Source of the DNA: Eledone cirrhosa
Taxonomy: Eukaryota
Reading direction: 5' to 3'
DNA length: 64,000 bases
Assembly (NCBI GenBank): GCA_964016885.1
Contig: OZ024752.1
Coordinates: 30,442,001 to 30,506,000 of the forward strand
Shown here: piece after piece, positions 29,790 through 42,730 of the stretch
Layout: every line of letters begins with the position of its first letter
Position numbering within the stretch: position 1 is the first letter of the stretch
Notes under the pieces: generated by a model
Told to the model about the DNA's origin: nothing
What the model saw: only the letters and a program-made list of their open reading frames with translations
The model's database searches: none
Program-made: the position numbers and the translations under genes

Positions 29790-30150
29790 CTACAATGTGT
29801 GTAATATCAGTATGCATGATCAATGGAGCAGAAATGAGTGGAGACAAAACCTTAGTAAAAGAGTAATTGGTTGTATTGTGCAATAGAGGAGATTGCTTTG
29901 GTGTGGACATGTGATGTATATGAAGGAAGAGAGTTGGGTAAAGAATGAGGAATAGACAATTCAAGGGAAAGAAACCTGTAGAAGAGGAAAAAGCAATTGA
30001 GGGGAAGATGTGGTGAGAGTTGACCTTGGAATGTGAAACCTCCTCACAAAAGATATAAGGGACCACAACTAGTGGCAAGATGTTTGGCAGAAGAAGAACT
30101 ATCCAGCCCATCGAATCATGGGTAAATGGATATATCATAATCATGACAAT
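29790..30150 (+). mobile_element. Degenerate RTE LINE 3' fragment
   Basis: Decayed RRLxWxGHVM-like coding sequence (aggagattgctttggtgtggacatgtgatg) and a tail resembling the 36480-36690 LINE end. Confidence 0.6.
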
Positions 30151-30506
30151 GATTACTTATAGACTAGCTTATAGACACTTGGAGTTGTACTTGTGATAAA
30201 TTGGTATTCTGTCATGAAGCTGAACTTAATGCTGCTTCTTGAAACCTATTCTCCGCATTTACATTTTTTTTTTTATTTCTTGGCTAAATATGTAAATATC
30301 TATACCAAGAAACATTGATTAAAGGGTTTGAGTTCAACATTTTTAACATATTATTGTTGTCATTCTCTCTGCATTCTGATTTCAAATCCTGTCTGTATCA
30401 ACTTCGTTTTTCACTCTTTTGGGGTTGATAAAATTAGTGATATGATCTTGACCATTCCTCTGTGAAATGTTAGCTTAGTGTCAATTCAAAAGAAATCATA
30501 GTTTAA

Positions 30507-30729
30507 CCATTTAGCATTTAAACCGGCCGTATATCTGGCCAGAATTCTCTCACATCTTTTTATTCAAACTAGCTGTAACTGGCCACTCATACTGATGTTA
30601 AGGTATTGTTCTCAAAATAAATATCAAAATTTCATAGATTCAATGTTATATGAGATAGTTGTTATGTGAGGTAAAGCCTTTACTCTGAAAGTACAGTAGT
30701 AAATATAGAGTAATGCAAATGCTAAAGGG
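30507..30729 (+). mobile_element. piggyBac-type MITE
   Basis: TTAA|ccatttagcattta ... aaatgctaaaggg|TTAA (TSD at 30503-30506 and 30730-30733). Confidence 0.88.
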
Positions 30730-31009
30730 TTAACAGGTAAACTCCCAACAATCTATTGCAATGCACAGTTAAAACTTTAACATCACTTCACTTATACAAT
30801 CCCAATTTCAACACCTACACTTTTAAGAAAATCATGAAAATCAGAATTTCCCAATGTTTATCTCTAGAATAGAGGGACTTTGTGCATAATAAAAAAAAAA
30901 ACAGTATTTAAAAAATTGTTAATATTTCAAACTCAAAAAAAATATCACCTGAATTAAAAAAGTCCCAAGAATGCTAGAAATAAATTTAACTGTTTCTTTT
31001 TTCTTTAAA

Positions 31010-32470
31010 CCCTTTAGCATTCAAAGCGACAAAAACCGACAAGATTATGTCCCCTTTCATTTATTCAAACCGACAAAAACCGACATTTAATACCACACGG
31101 AGATTTCCTTCTAAAAATAAACATTGACATCATCGAAATCTCGTCAATTCGAGATTACTGCGAGATAAAGCCCTTACGCGCGAAAATTAACTCTTAGTAT
31201 AGTGAAAGAACTTGCGATAACACGTGTTTTTAACGGTGAAAGTGTAACATGGCTTCCGAAAGTAGCGACAACGAATTTGAAGGTTTTACGTCCGACGACA
31301 TTCGAGATCAAAAAGAAACAGAAGATAATATCAGTGATTTATCTTCAAACGAATCAGATATATTTATTTCTGATATATCTGATAATGATGATAGTTACTT
31401 TGAAAGTGAAAGAGAAGATTTGACTGACACCATTGAAAAAATAGCAACGTGGTTGAAAGAAACAACATCGATACATGTTTCGGATTTTACTAAAATATTG
31501 GACCACAACACACATTACCACCCGATGCTAAAGCACTGGATTATTATTTTTTAATTTTACCACAATCTTTCTTCGAAGTTGTGGCAAATCGCTATGCACA
31601 ACAACAAATTTCTAATATCGGAAAACCTGATCTGTTATGTTGTCCGACAGATTCTGCCGAAATGAAAGCGTTTTTTACCATAAATATTATGTTTGGTATT
31701 AAACAATTTCCACGACTGTGGAATTATTGGAGTACTGATATAAGGTTTGGTGACCCTTATATATCTAGTATTATGGCAAAAACGAGATTCATTAAATTAA
31801 ACCAGTATTTGCATCTGGTTGATACTTCAAATGCTCCTGGTAGAAATGAATCAAATTACGACCCACTGTACAAAGTACGACCATTAATTGAAATATTGTC
31901 AGACAAATTTAAAAGTGTGTATAAACTTATATATTGGGAACTTTCTATTACGTAATTTTACACCGTACATTTACAGAGTACATTGCCAATATTATTTTGA
32001 CCGGTGAAAAGGTTTTATACATTTTTTTCAATGAAAATATTTGCCTGGAATGTAGAGAAAGACTAAAACCGTGTACTGATTACACCTGCATTTTTAATTA
32101 ATTCACCTGTTCAGAAAACTGCTAGAATTGATGGAAATCAGCATCTAGGTCATTATTGGATTTTTTTGCAACAAATCTAACAGATAAAGTTTAAATTTTT
32201 GTGTTTATCCATAAAGTTATTACTTTTACACCTGTTAATTAATTTCACCTGCCCATAAAAGTCAAATTTAACAAAAAAAATCAGGTAAAAATATATAATT
32301 GTAAATTATAGTTATTTAAACATCTACTGACAAAATTTCAAGTCTGCACATAGAAAATTAAAGTAATTACAAACAAATAAAATTGATAACCCTCTTGAGT
32401 ATAATTAAGTGAAAATAATGCGAATAGATGAACATGACATTTGACAATTCAATGTGAATAAAGAAGTTTA
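31010..32470 (+). mobile_element. Internally deleted piggyBac transposon with frameshifted, truncated PGBD4-like transposase (31249-~31930)
   Basis: Left TIR ccctttagcatt at 31010; acidic N-terminus MASESSDNEFEGF..., then EMKAFFTINIMFGIKQFPRLWNYWSTD...SIMAKTRFIKLNQYLHLVD...YDPLYKVRPLIE (DDE_Tnp_1_7 N-terminal half). Ends before the catalytic DDD; the right TIR near 32450-32470 is degenerate and tentative. Confidence 0.85.
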
Positions 32471-33189
32471 GTAAATATATTTGTAAATATCTCCTGAAAG
32501 TTTGATATTCCTCTCTTCTCACTATATTTCTAAATTAAATTCCACATAACCTTTCATTAGATGCTTTCTTTTTTCAACATATTGACAATTCATTTTTAAT
32601 TATACTTTTTAATAGGTTGCTTGCATATATACATATATATATACACACACACATATTATTTGTGGCCATATATTATACATTCATTTCAAATGTCATCAGA
32701 TGTTCCTACTTTCCTAATTTAACAAAATTGTTCATATGACATTGTCAGTTTTCATCAGCTATTTTTAAGAAATTTAACACCTGTCCTTTATAGTCCATAT
32801 TTCATTTGTATATTGTTTGATATTTTTGAACACCACCCCGCAAAAAAAAAAATATATATATATATTGAAAAGTTGACATTATTAACTAAAACTATAATCA
32901 GCCGACAACTGTTTTTATCAGAGTAAGTTAAGTTTAGAACAAATGTTATATTAAATTCTTTTTTTATAATGTATTTCGTCTATTGTCATTGTCTAAGAAC
33001 AATTAAAAAGAATGTAGGTTTTTTTTTCGACTTTCATTCTGTGTGTATGGTTGTCAGATATCAGATCCCTGTTTGGTTGTTACTTTACAAGTAAAAGTAT
33101 TTTTCACAAACTTGCTGATTAGAGTTAGCTGATTTTTAAAAAGTTTAATATGGGTTTCTGTCTTCTTTATGTATCTGTATGTATGTATA

Positions 33190-33246
<57 letters not shown>

Positions 33247-33615
33247 CAAATACTTTATCGCTTTACCTTTACATGGCTGAATAGAATAAACATAATGAGT
33301 TTTTTTAATATTAATTATAATATTCGATTTGTTTGCAATTATGCAAGCAGCCTCTTTAAAGCTATGTCAGTAGAATGACTTGGTCATTCTTGCTCTTGTG
33401 TTGGCATGTAAACAGAACTGCAGACACAAATGTTTCTGGGTGATTACCCTTCATCAGTACAATATACTGTTTACCTGCCAACTGTCAGAGCTAGGGAAAA
33501 TATATATTTTCTAAAATATACAGTGACTGATTGGCCTGATTTGCATATTAGCAGACTGCGTGATCAGTCAGATCTGTATATATATATATATATATGTGTG
33601 TATGTGTGTGTGTGT

Positions 33616-36600
33616 GTGTTAGGAAGGGCATCCAACCAGTGTATCAATGCCAAAACAATTATGAGCACAGCAACAAATATATAGGAACAACAAAAATATG
33701 AAGACGTCGCATTTCAGAGTTGCAACACTTAATGTTGGCAATCTCACAGGTAGATCTGGTGAAATAGTGGAGATTCTGGAGAGAAGGCATGTGTGTTGTG
33801 TGCAAGAGGTGAGATGGAGAGGTGCCTCTGTGAGACTAGTCTTAGCTACATCTTAGCTATAAGCTTTTCTGGGTAGGTAGGGATGATGGGTTAGGGGGAG
33901 TAGGCATTTCCCTGGCTGAGAGATGGATCAATAAGACAATACAGGTAGTTCGAGTTAATAATCGAATAATTAAGCTTAGATTAGTTGTAGGCAGGAGACT
34001 ACTGACAATCATCTCTGCCTATGCTCCCCAAGCAGGCCTAGGCAAAGAAGAGAAAGACTGCTTTTACAAGCAACTTTTACAAACAGCCGCAATGACAGAG
34101 GACGGAGACATCGTTATGCTAGCAGGGGACTTCAATGGTCATGCTGGACAGCTCCAGGATGGTTACACTGGGGTACATGGTGGGCACGGTTACAGCTCAA
34201 GAAATGAAGAAGGAGTGAAACTTCTTGAATTTTGTGATGCAAGTACACTGACTATTTGCAACACTAACTTCCAGAAACCTGCCAACCACCTAATAACCTA
34301 CAAATCAGGCAAGCACATAAGCCTGATTGACTTCTTACTAGTTAGGCAGCGGGACAGACAGATGGTATCAAATACCAAGGCTTACCCTGGGGAAGAATGT
34401 ACCCCACAGCATAGGTTAGTCGTTAGGGATATCTCAGTAAGCAAGAGATGGAATGAGACATACAGGAAGGTGTGGAGAAGAAAGGTCTGGAAGCTAAAAG
34501 ACCTTTCACTAAAATACAAATTTAGGAAAGCCCTCCAAGATGTGTATGACAAAAAAAGAAGACGATTTAGAGTCGTATGACATAGATAATAACTGGAATT
34601 TCTTACGTGACAACTTACTGCAGGCTACTGATGAAACTTGTGGCTGGAGCTGATCTCCAACCAGACAGAGAGTGACCTGGTGGTGGAACAGCACAGTAGA
34701 TAGGGCCATTAGAGACAAAAGACTAGCATGGAAGGCTTGGGAAAAGGGTGGGAGTAGAGAAGGATATACAGCCGCTAAGAGAGAAGCTAGACGTCAGTGT
34801 ACTTAACACGCAGGGAGGCTGAGAGGAGGAGGTTTGCCAATGTTCTGCAATGGGAAGATCAGAGGCGTGCGGTGTTCCACATTGCAAAGCATTGTGTCAA
34901 TGCAAATCAGGATGTTGTTAGAGATAAATGTGTCCGGAATGATGCCGGTGTACTTAGTGTCACAAATGATCGGAAAAAGGAGGCCTGAAAATGTCATTAT
35001 GAGAGACGGATGAATGTGGAGAACGAATGGGAGAGAGAGAAATTACCCTCAGTAGATCCGACAGAGGGACCAGCTATTGAGATTGACGAATATAGGGTCC
35101 AAGAGGCAATTAAGGAAATGAAAAATGGTAAGGCTGCTGGACCGTCAGGGATAGTTGCTGAGATGCTGAAGGCATTAGGGGACGTAGGCACTAAACTGGT
35201 TGCATGCATCATCAATCAGGCTATATATGGTGGTGTCATACCCAAAGACTGGTGTAGCAGTATTCTCTTAAATTGCTACAAAGGTAAAGGGGATGCTCTG
35301 GAGAGGAGCAATTTTAGGGATATAAAACTGATGGATCAGGTTATGAAAGTGGCAGAAAGGATATTAGCACAACTAATTAGAGAAAGGGTCAAACTAGATG
35401 AGATGCAGTTTGGTTTTGTGCCACTATACTTAGCCTTTGTTGACCTAGAGAAAGCCTTTGATAGGGTACCCCGATCTGACATCTGGTGGTCCCTAAGGAA
35501 ACTAGGTGTTGAGGAATGGCTTGTGAGGACAGTGCAAACTTTGTACAGAGGTGATGTCAGTAAAGTGAGGGTAGGAATGGAGTTTAGTGAGGAATTCCAG
35601 ATACAAGTAGGAGTACATCAAGGTTCGGTCCTCAGCCCGCTCTTGTTCATTATAGTCCTCCAAGCCATAACAGAGGAGTTTAAGACTAGCTGTCCATGGG
35701 AACTTCTCTATGCTGACGATGTGGTTCTTATAGCAGAATCAGTAGAGGAGCTAGAGAATAAATTCTGGCTATGGAAGCAGCAATTGGAAGCAAGAGGACT
35801 GAGAGTGAACCTAGCTAAGACAAAAGTGTTGATGAGTAGAAAAGAGGATAAAACTCTGATTCTGTCAGGGAAATGGCCATGTTCGATATGCAGAAAAGGA
35901 ACTGGCATAAATTCTATAAAATGCACACAATGCAGATCCTGGGTACACAAGAGATGTAGTGGGATAGCAGGCAAACTAACAGGTAGGGAGAAATACGTAT
36001 GCAGTAGATGTACAGGGAAATTAGACAGTATAAGTTGCATTGATAGACACATTTTTCAAATGGAGGTGGGTGCTATAGAAGTGGTGGATAGCTTCCGGTA
36101 CCTAGGAGATCAGATTAGCATGGGAGGGGGGTGTTCCGAGGCCATAGTATCTAGAATAAGGATGGGTTGGAAGGAGTTTAGGGAGCTGCTTCCTCTGCTG
36201 ACGAAGAAAGGTTTCTCCCTGCGTACGAAAGACTGGTTATATGATGCCTGTGTGAGGAGCGCGATGCTGCATGGTAGTGAGACATGGGCAGCAACTGCAG
36301 AGGATATGCGACGGCTGGAGAGAAATGAGGCAAGCATGCTCCATTGGATGTGCAATCTCAATGTGCGTGAACAACCTAGCATGGATATGTTGAGAGAGAA
36401 ACTGTGTTTCAGAGGGATAGAATGTAGTGTGCGAGAGAGGAGACTGCGGTGGTATGGACATGTGATGCGCATGGAGGTGAAGAAGTGCCAGTTGAAGGAA
36501 GACGTGGTAGAGGTAGACCACGAAAAACATGGGCGGAGGTGGTGTGAACAGACCACAGATCACTGAAGCTCACAGTGCAGATGACGAAGGACCGTGACAA

Positions 36601-36690
36601 GTGGAGAGATGCTGTGCTGAATAAGACCCATCCCACCCTTGCAAGCAGGGAAAAGCGGATGTAAAATGATGATGATGATGATGGTGATGA
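33616..36690 (+). mobile_element. Near full-length RTE-clade LINE (APE endonuclease + RT with embedded PHD-like finger), inactivated
   Basis: ATG at 33698: MKTSHFRVATLNVGNLTGRSGEIVEILERR..VCCVQEVRWRG; GDFNGH, IDFLLVR and QHRLV (APE); FVDLEKAFDRV, GVHQGSVLSPLLF, LLYADD (RT); (GAT)n tail at 36667-36690; several stops, frameshifts and deletions. Confidence 0.95.
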
Positions 36691-36705
36691 TATATATGTC
36701 CAAAG

Positions 36706-36895
36706 TCTGTCTTGAGCCTCATCAGGCTGGTGTTTATCCTGGTTTTCATGGCGTTAAGCAACTGAGAGTATAATACTCCCCGCTGAACAGCTATTGCTGT
36801 GTTTTACTCAAGAACACAACACACAACTCAATCCAGGAATCAAATCCATGATGTTAATGTCATAGGTCCAATGCCCTTATCACTAGTCCATGCAC
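36706..36895 (-). mobile_element. Degenerate tRNA/CORE-like SINE
   Basis: Reverse strand has gtgtgttgtgttcttgagtaaaacac (CORE-like) downstream of a decayed tRNA-like head. Confidence 0.5.
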
Positions 36896-36904
36896 TATAT
36901 ATAT

Positions 36905-37366
36905 ATCTATCTAATCTATCTAAGGCGGGTAAAATTCCCGAGATCCATGGACGAGTTCTCTCCAGCGGTCTCTGTCCCTCATTATCGCTGCCATATCCTG
37001 CATCTCCAACAGACCAGTGTCTGTCCTTAGGGCATCAACATACGTTAACCTTGGTCTTCCTCTTCTAGTGTGTCCATGTAGGGGCTGCCAAAGGAGCACT
37101 GAGTGCAATGTCAACTCTGGATGTCGGTGAGCATGTCCAGCCAACCTCAGTCTCCTCTGTGTCACTTTTGAGCTGACTTTTGGGATGCTCCCATACAGCT
37201 CTGAGTTTTTCATCCTCAGTGTATACTGATTAATGTTCAGAGCCATCCTCAGCTTTCTCGTGTAGCACCCATCCACCATCTGAGTGAGTCTCTTGGTCAG
37301 TGTCCAAGTCTCAGACCCATACAGCAGCACAGACTCCACTACAGCAATGAAGAGGTGGATTTTCAT
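36905..37366 (-). mobile_element. 5'-truncated non-LTR retrotransposon (RTE/RTE-X-like) 3' end
   Basis: Open frame ...VESVLLYGSETWTLTK...DGCYTRKLRMALNI...QRRLRLAGHAHRHPE...RRGRPRLTYVD...RDRWRELV followed by a (TAGA)n tail. Confidence 0.88.
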
Positions 37367-37700
37367 ATAAATATACAGCCTTTTATGAAGCCAGCTGAAC
37401 CTGCATAGGTATGAGCTGTAACAATGTGTATACAGTTGTGTGTATACAGTTATACATGTGTGTGTGATTAAGATTTTTCAGATATAAATATTTTTAATTG
37501 TATATTTGCAAACATTAATTTTAGGAAAAATAACTGCAAATTAACATGATGGAAATTAAACCACATACCTCTTCATTACAAACACATATACTATTTTTTT
37601 TATACTAGAAAGGGACTTGGGATTTAAATTTGTTTTTTCAAATTAAGCTACAAGCAGGTGATTGTAATCCTGATCAAGAACATCAACTCAGACCACAATA

Positions 37701-38720
37701 TCTATATATATAAAACAGAGGATGTCTGTCTGTGTAAATCCCTAAAACTCGAGAAGTACCCGACCGATTCTTTTCAAACTTTACACATGCATTACTTATA
37801 TTTCTTGAAGTGCAATGGGCTAAAGCATTTTTAACTTTTTCTGCCCTGGGGCCCGCATTAGGCGAAAAACTGCATTTTTTAGGCATTTTTAGGTTTATTT
37901 GAGGCGTAACTTAAAGATAATCCAGCCGATTTCCTCGAAATTTGCTGCACACGTTAGTTAGTCCCCTCACATTGCTATGGATTCCATTTCCGATTCCATT
38001 AATGGTTTCTAGGAAATTTACGAATTAGCATTGGGCATTACATGCCATTTTCATTTTCAATATAAATGCCACTTAAACATCGTAAGTAGCGTATAATATT
38101 TTGTTAAAAATTTGGTTTATTTAACAGAGGGCACAACACTTACTTACTTTTAAGCAGGACCATTTTGGGGGGATTGAGGAAATGAGGAGGACCTTAAAAT
38201 TTTTGTCGGCATCCTGTTGACACTTCATGCTTTCATCACGCACAAATCCGGGCCCTGTGTACGTTGCCGTGTTATTGTCACCGTAAAACTCATGTCTGTG
38301 CTACTTCTACTAAGACCCCTTTTGTTGCACCAACACTGCAGTATGAACGCCCTGCGTAAGTACGCCGAACAGCGGTTGTGCTAATTCCACAGTGACCCCT
38401 TTTGTCGCACCTTTGTTGCTGTGTTGCGAATCTATAAAACTTGAAAAGTACCTAACCTATTTTCTCCAAATGGAAAAAAAATCATACTCTAAGATTTAGT
38501 ACACTTAAAGAATATCCAGCTGATTTTCTTCAGATTTTGCACATGCATGCAGATGTTTCACGATTCGGGCCTGCTGGTGTTCTATGTTTCCAGTAGATGA
38601 ACAATCATTCCCTGAGAATAGAGGAATTCAAAAAGTACACAGCTACATTCCTCAATCTTTGCATATGCATGCTGCTATTTCATGTTTCCTACCCCGTGCA
38701 ACGCCAGGTCCTGCTGCTAG
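37701..38720 (+). mobile_element. Non-autonomous Helitron, 1020 bp
   Basis: A|TCTATATATATAAAA 5' end; 3' end cccgtgcaacgccaggtcctgctgCTAG|T; inserted between A and T with no TSD. Confidence 0.85.
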
Positions 38721-41102
38721 TATCAATATATGACATATGAATAAGAGAAACCCAATGTTAAGTTGCTATGGTAATTTTTCATGAAACCTAAGAAGTTCCT
38801 GCTGAAGTGACTGCAGTTAGACATGTAATGATTGGAGCATAGCATGTTTGTTATGTAGATAACAGATGTAAGGTTCAATCCCCCATCATTTAGTTTATTA
38901 TTTTCTCTGTAAACATTAACAAATGCTTAATGTTATATTTACACACACACACACACTTTCTCTCCCTTTCTTTCTCTCTTTCTCTCTCTCTCATAGGTGC
39001 ACTGTAAGTTTTATTGTTATTTCTGAAAAATGCTGCTCAGCTCTGAGCTTGGTTTTTAACTAAGTTGTTACATCAGTAATTATTTTAATTCTACTGATTG
39101 TATTATGTATAGAGAAAAACCTTATGGAATTGTTTGTTTTTAAGAGTGAACTTAGTATTATTATTATCTTCCTGTTTTCTAAAACTTGAAAAGGCATTGG
39201 ATAAACTGAACAACTTTTATCAGCCTGACTTACTATATAGTTATCTAAAGGTGTAACCTTTTCTTATTGAGGTTTAAAAATATTGTCACAGGAATTCATC
39301 TTTCAACTTCTGAGTTATATTTAGTTTGGAATTTTTATCAAAACTTTTTTCTTGTTGCAATTTAATCAAAATTTTAGTAAATTTTTTTTTTTATTGTTTT
39401 TTTTTTGTAAAGCCTCCAAAAAAAATGAAACTATTGGTACTTTTTATTGTATAACGTGTGGCTGGTTTTTGATAAGTTTCAAAAGAACATAAACTTGTAT
39501 ATATGAGCATAATGGATCTATGTGCATATAAAATATAACTGCTTACATTCCACCATAAACCAATATTATGCATGATACATCAATTAAATTGCATCTAAAT
39601 GTATTTATTAACTATTCTACTATTCTTTCAAATCTTTGCTTGGTTTAAATGGATTATATATATATAAATTTATATATATATTGCATGATTTAAAAAATAT
39701 ATATTTTGCATGTATTATTGTGGTGTATAAAGATTGGCATTATTTGTATACATTAAGGGATATATTAAAATTTGGATAATTTGTAAAAATTATTTTAATT
39801 TTACATTTTTAGTTTCACTACACTCCAAGTAATACATTTCTATATTCATTTTATGTTCAACATTTATTGAAACATTTTTTTATATATATTTTTAAAAATC
39901 GAAAACAAATTATTTCTTTATCTTTCTTTGTTTTATTTTATTCTATTTTTAGTTCTGATATACATTTAATCCAGCTTTGTTTTTCTTTGATTCTTTTGTT
40001 TGTTAACCACCAAAGCTAAAAGTTGTAAAGCTCTCTGGGAGCAGAGTGTGTATGAAATGATTTTGCATTCTTTGTTGAAGCCATTTATTTAACTTATGCC
40101 ATTAATTCTTTTGGTTAGAGCAGGAGTGTTGGTTTTAAAATATAGGAACTTTGTACTGAGTCATATAAATCCAATATTGTTAAATTCAACTCTCCAAAGA
40201 ATATATATATCCATTTTGTTCTTTGTTCTAATAATGAATGTTTTTCAACTATTGAGTTTTATTGAACATTGATGCCAGAAATAATAATAAAAAATAAACT
40301 ATGAAAAGAGGTAACTTAAAAATATATTTATTTTAGAAATTATAACGATTGATATCTGAAATTTAAGAAAAATATGTAACTGGTGTAACAAAAAAAAAAA
40401 GATATTTTGAAAATTGTATTAAAATGTTACTTAGTAGCTGTCTATTAAACAATATTAAATGACCAATGAAATATTGTAAGTGTTATGGGCATTATTTCAT
40501 AATGTTGCTTTACATTAGCCTTTCAAATATCCTTTGTGGTAATTTACAATTTTTGGCAGGTTGGTTTGAGTTTTCATGACTTCCTTCCAAACTGTTAGTA
40601 TTTGACATTTTATCAATAAAAGTCCCAATTCTGGCCTTTAATGAAATTTGAAATGCAATGCAGCTGTGACAGTAGGTAGAGCAATTCTGAAATTGTTTTT
40701 GTTTTTTACCTTGGGTAGTAGCATTTAAATTAACTCTTCCTTGTTGTTATTTATTAAAATGCATAGATTGTATGGATGTTCATTTTCATTAAAATTATCA
40801 GATGATAGATTAAAATATTGGTGATCATAATATTGAAAAGAAAAAATTTTAAGTGTTAATAATATATTTTTTTTGTAATTGTCTTTTGTTTGTAAAATGT
40901 GTAATAAAATCTGATAGTTTTTTTTCTGTTCTTTTAATTAAAATTTCTTATTTTAATCCTTCAGTATTGTTGATAAATGAAATTAGTATATTGATGATGA
41001 TGATGAAATTAACTGCCCACTCTCTTATATTATAAAATCTCTGATGAATAGACAACAGAATAATACATTTCAAAATCAAATGATGTTTTATTAATTTTTA
41101 AT

Positions 41103-41369
41103 AAAAGCACCCAGTTCACACTGTAAAGTGGTCGTGTTTGGCAAAAACGCCCAGTCCACACTGTAAAGTGGTCGTGTAGGTGTCACTACAAAAAGCACCC
41201 AGTACTCACTGTAAATGTGGTTGGTGCTAGGAAGGGCATCCAGCTGTAGAAATCGAGCCAAAATCGGTTCTGTATGAGCATAAGATGGTCACCTGACCTA
41301 GCATTATTCACAACAGGATAAGCCATGCTAGCATGGAAAAATTGATGTTAAACAGTGATGATGATGATG
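41103..41369 (+). mobile_element. SINE with RTE-type tail and internal ~40-bp sub-repeats
   Basis: Three aaagcacccagt(c/t)cacactgtaaagtgg units, gctaggaagggcatccagctgtagaaa, tail ccatgctagcatggaaaaattgatgttaaacagtgatgatgatg. Confidence 0.8.
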
Positions 41370-41428
41370 TTTCTATTATATGTCCCAGCCAAGAGGCAAA
41401 GGCCATTGTTTTTAATTTTAAAGTTTAA

Positions 41429-41651
41429 CTCTTTAACATTTACATTACTCTATATTTACTATGGCATTTTCATGGTAAACACTTTATCGTATATAATTAT
41501 CTTACATAATATTGGATCTATGAGATTTTGATATTGTTTATTTTGAGAACAATACCTTAACATAAGTACGAGCAGCCGGTTATTGCCAATTTGAACAGAG
41601 AAAGAGGTGAGAGAATTCTGACCAGATACGGCTGGTTTAAATACTAAAGGG
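41429..41651 (-). mobile_element. piggyBac-type MITE, inverted orientation
   Basis: TTAA|ctctttaacatt ... aatactaaaggg|TTAA; reverse complement of the 30507 copy. Confidence 0.85.
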
Positions 41652-42730
41652 TTAAGTCATTATTGTAAAGACATCGATAGAATACCACCTACACTTTAAT
41701 TTATTAGTTTGAATTTGCTTTGAGTTATTTTCATAATATTCTTTCTTTATAAATTGTATCACTGTGTCTACAAGGCATGTATCAGTACATACTAGTTGGA
41801 TAAAATCAAGTTGAATCAATTTTATTAAAATATCTTTTGGTGTAAAGCATCAGACAGCTTTATTTTTGTCTAAATCATGATTTTTATTTTTTAGTGGAAT
41901 TCTTAGTACGTCACCAATATTTGCAGTTATAAATCTGTATATTTTTTTTAGAAATAAAATCCCTTTTTTAACTTTTGTTGTCAATTATTCTTATAAAATT
42001 AAATTTATTTACACTTAGACATTGCAGTACTATACACAATTAATGTGCATTTGTGGGGTTAAACTATATATGTTTTTTTTAAAGGAATAATAATATGTCT
42101 ATATGTATATTATTATTTTATTTTTAATCTTTGAATTTTTCTAATTTAGAAACTAGTCTCTAAGTAACTAGGCCCCATCATTGAAGTTTAGAACATACGC
42201 GAGAAAATATATGATGAACTTAAGTTTCGCATATTTTTATGTCCTCACAGATTTGTAGAACTAATAGTAATATCTACTTAATTTGTTTTTTGTTATTTTT
42301 GAACTGCAACTTTTCAAAGTGCATTAGCTAATGTAACCAGGTGCACCTGTAAAACATGGTGTACGCCTAAGGTCTGAAATATCTATGAATGTTGTTTTTT
42401 ACCAAATTTGGAATTGATGTTTGTATCAGATGGGTACCTGACTTCCACAAAAGTGTATATATATATATATATATGTATATGTATATGTATATATATATAG
42501 TAAGAGAGAGGAGAGAAGGATTGGTATTTAGCTAGATAAGGGAACAGCGGGGACAAAGTAAAAAAGAACCCTTTCGATGTTAAGGAAGCAGTGAGCTGTT
42601 TGTAAAGTTGATGGTTATATGGAATAAAGAGGTGGCGGTTTGATGAGACAGAAGTTGGATATAGTGCATTTCTTCCAATACTCCGTTTGATGTTGACATG
42701 GGAGCAAACAACAACAAAGGTTATCTACTT

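Noticed and set aside
32684-32703. Minus-strand CTGATGA...GAAA resembling a hammerhead
   Set aside because: No stem II or NUH triplet; CTGATGA alone is expected several times by chance
38997-39003. Possible 7-nt microexon ((CT)n catag gtgcact gtaagt)
   Set aside because: Frame-shifting length, and the pyrimidine tract is just a microsatellite; no support without RNA-seq
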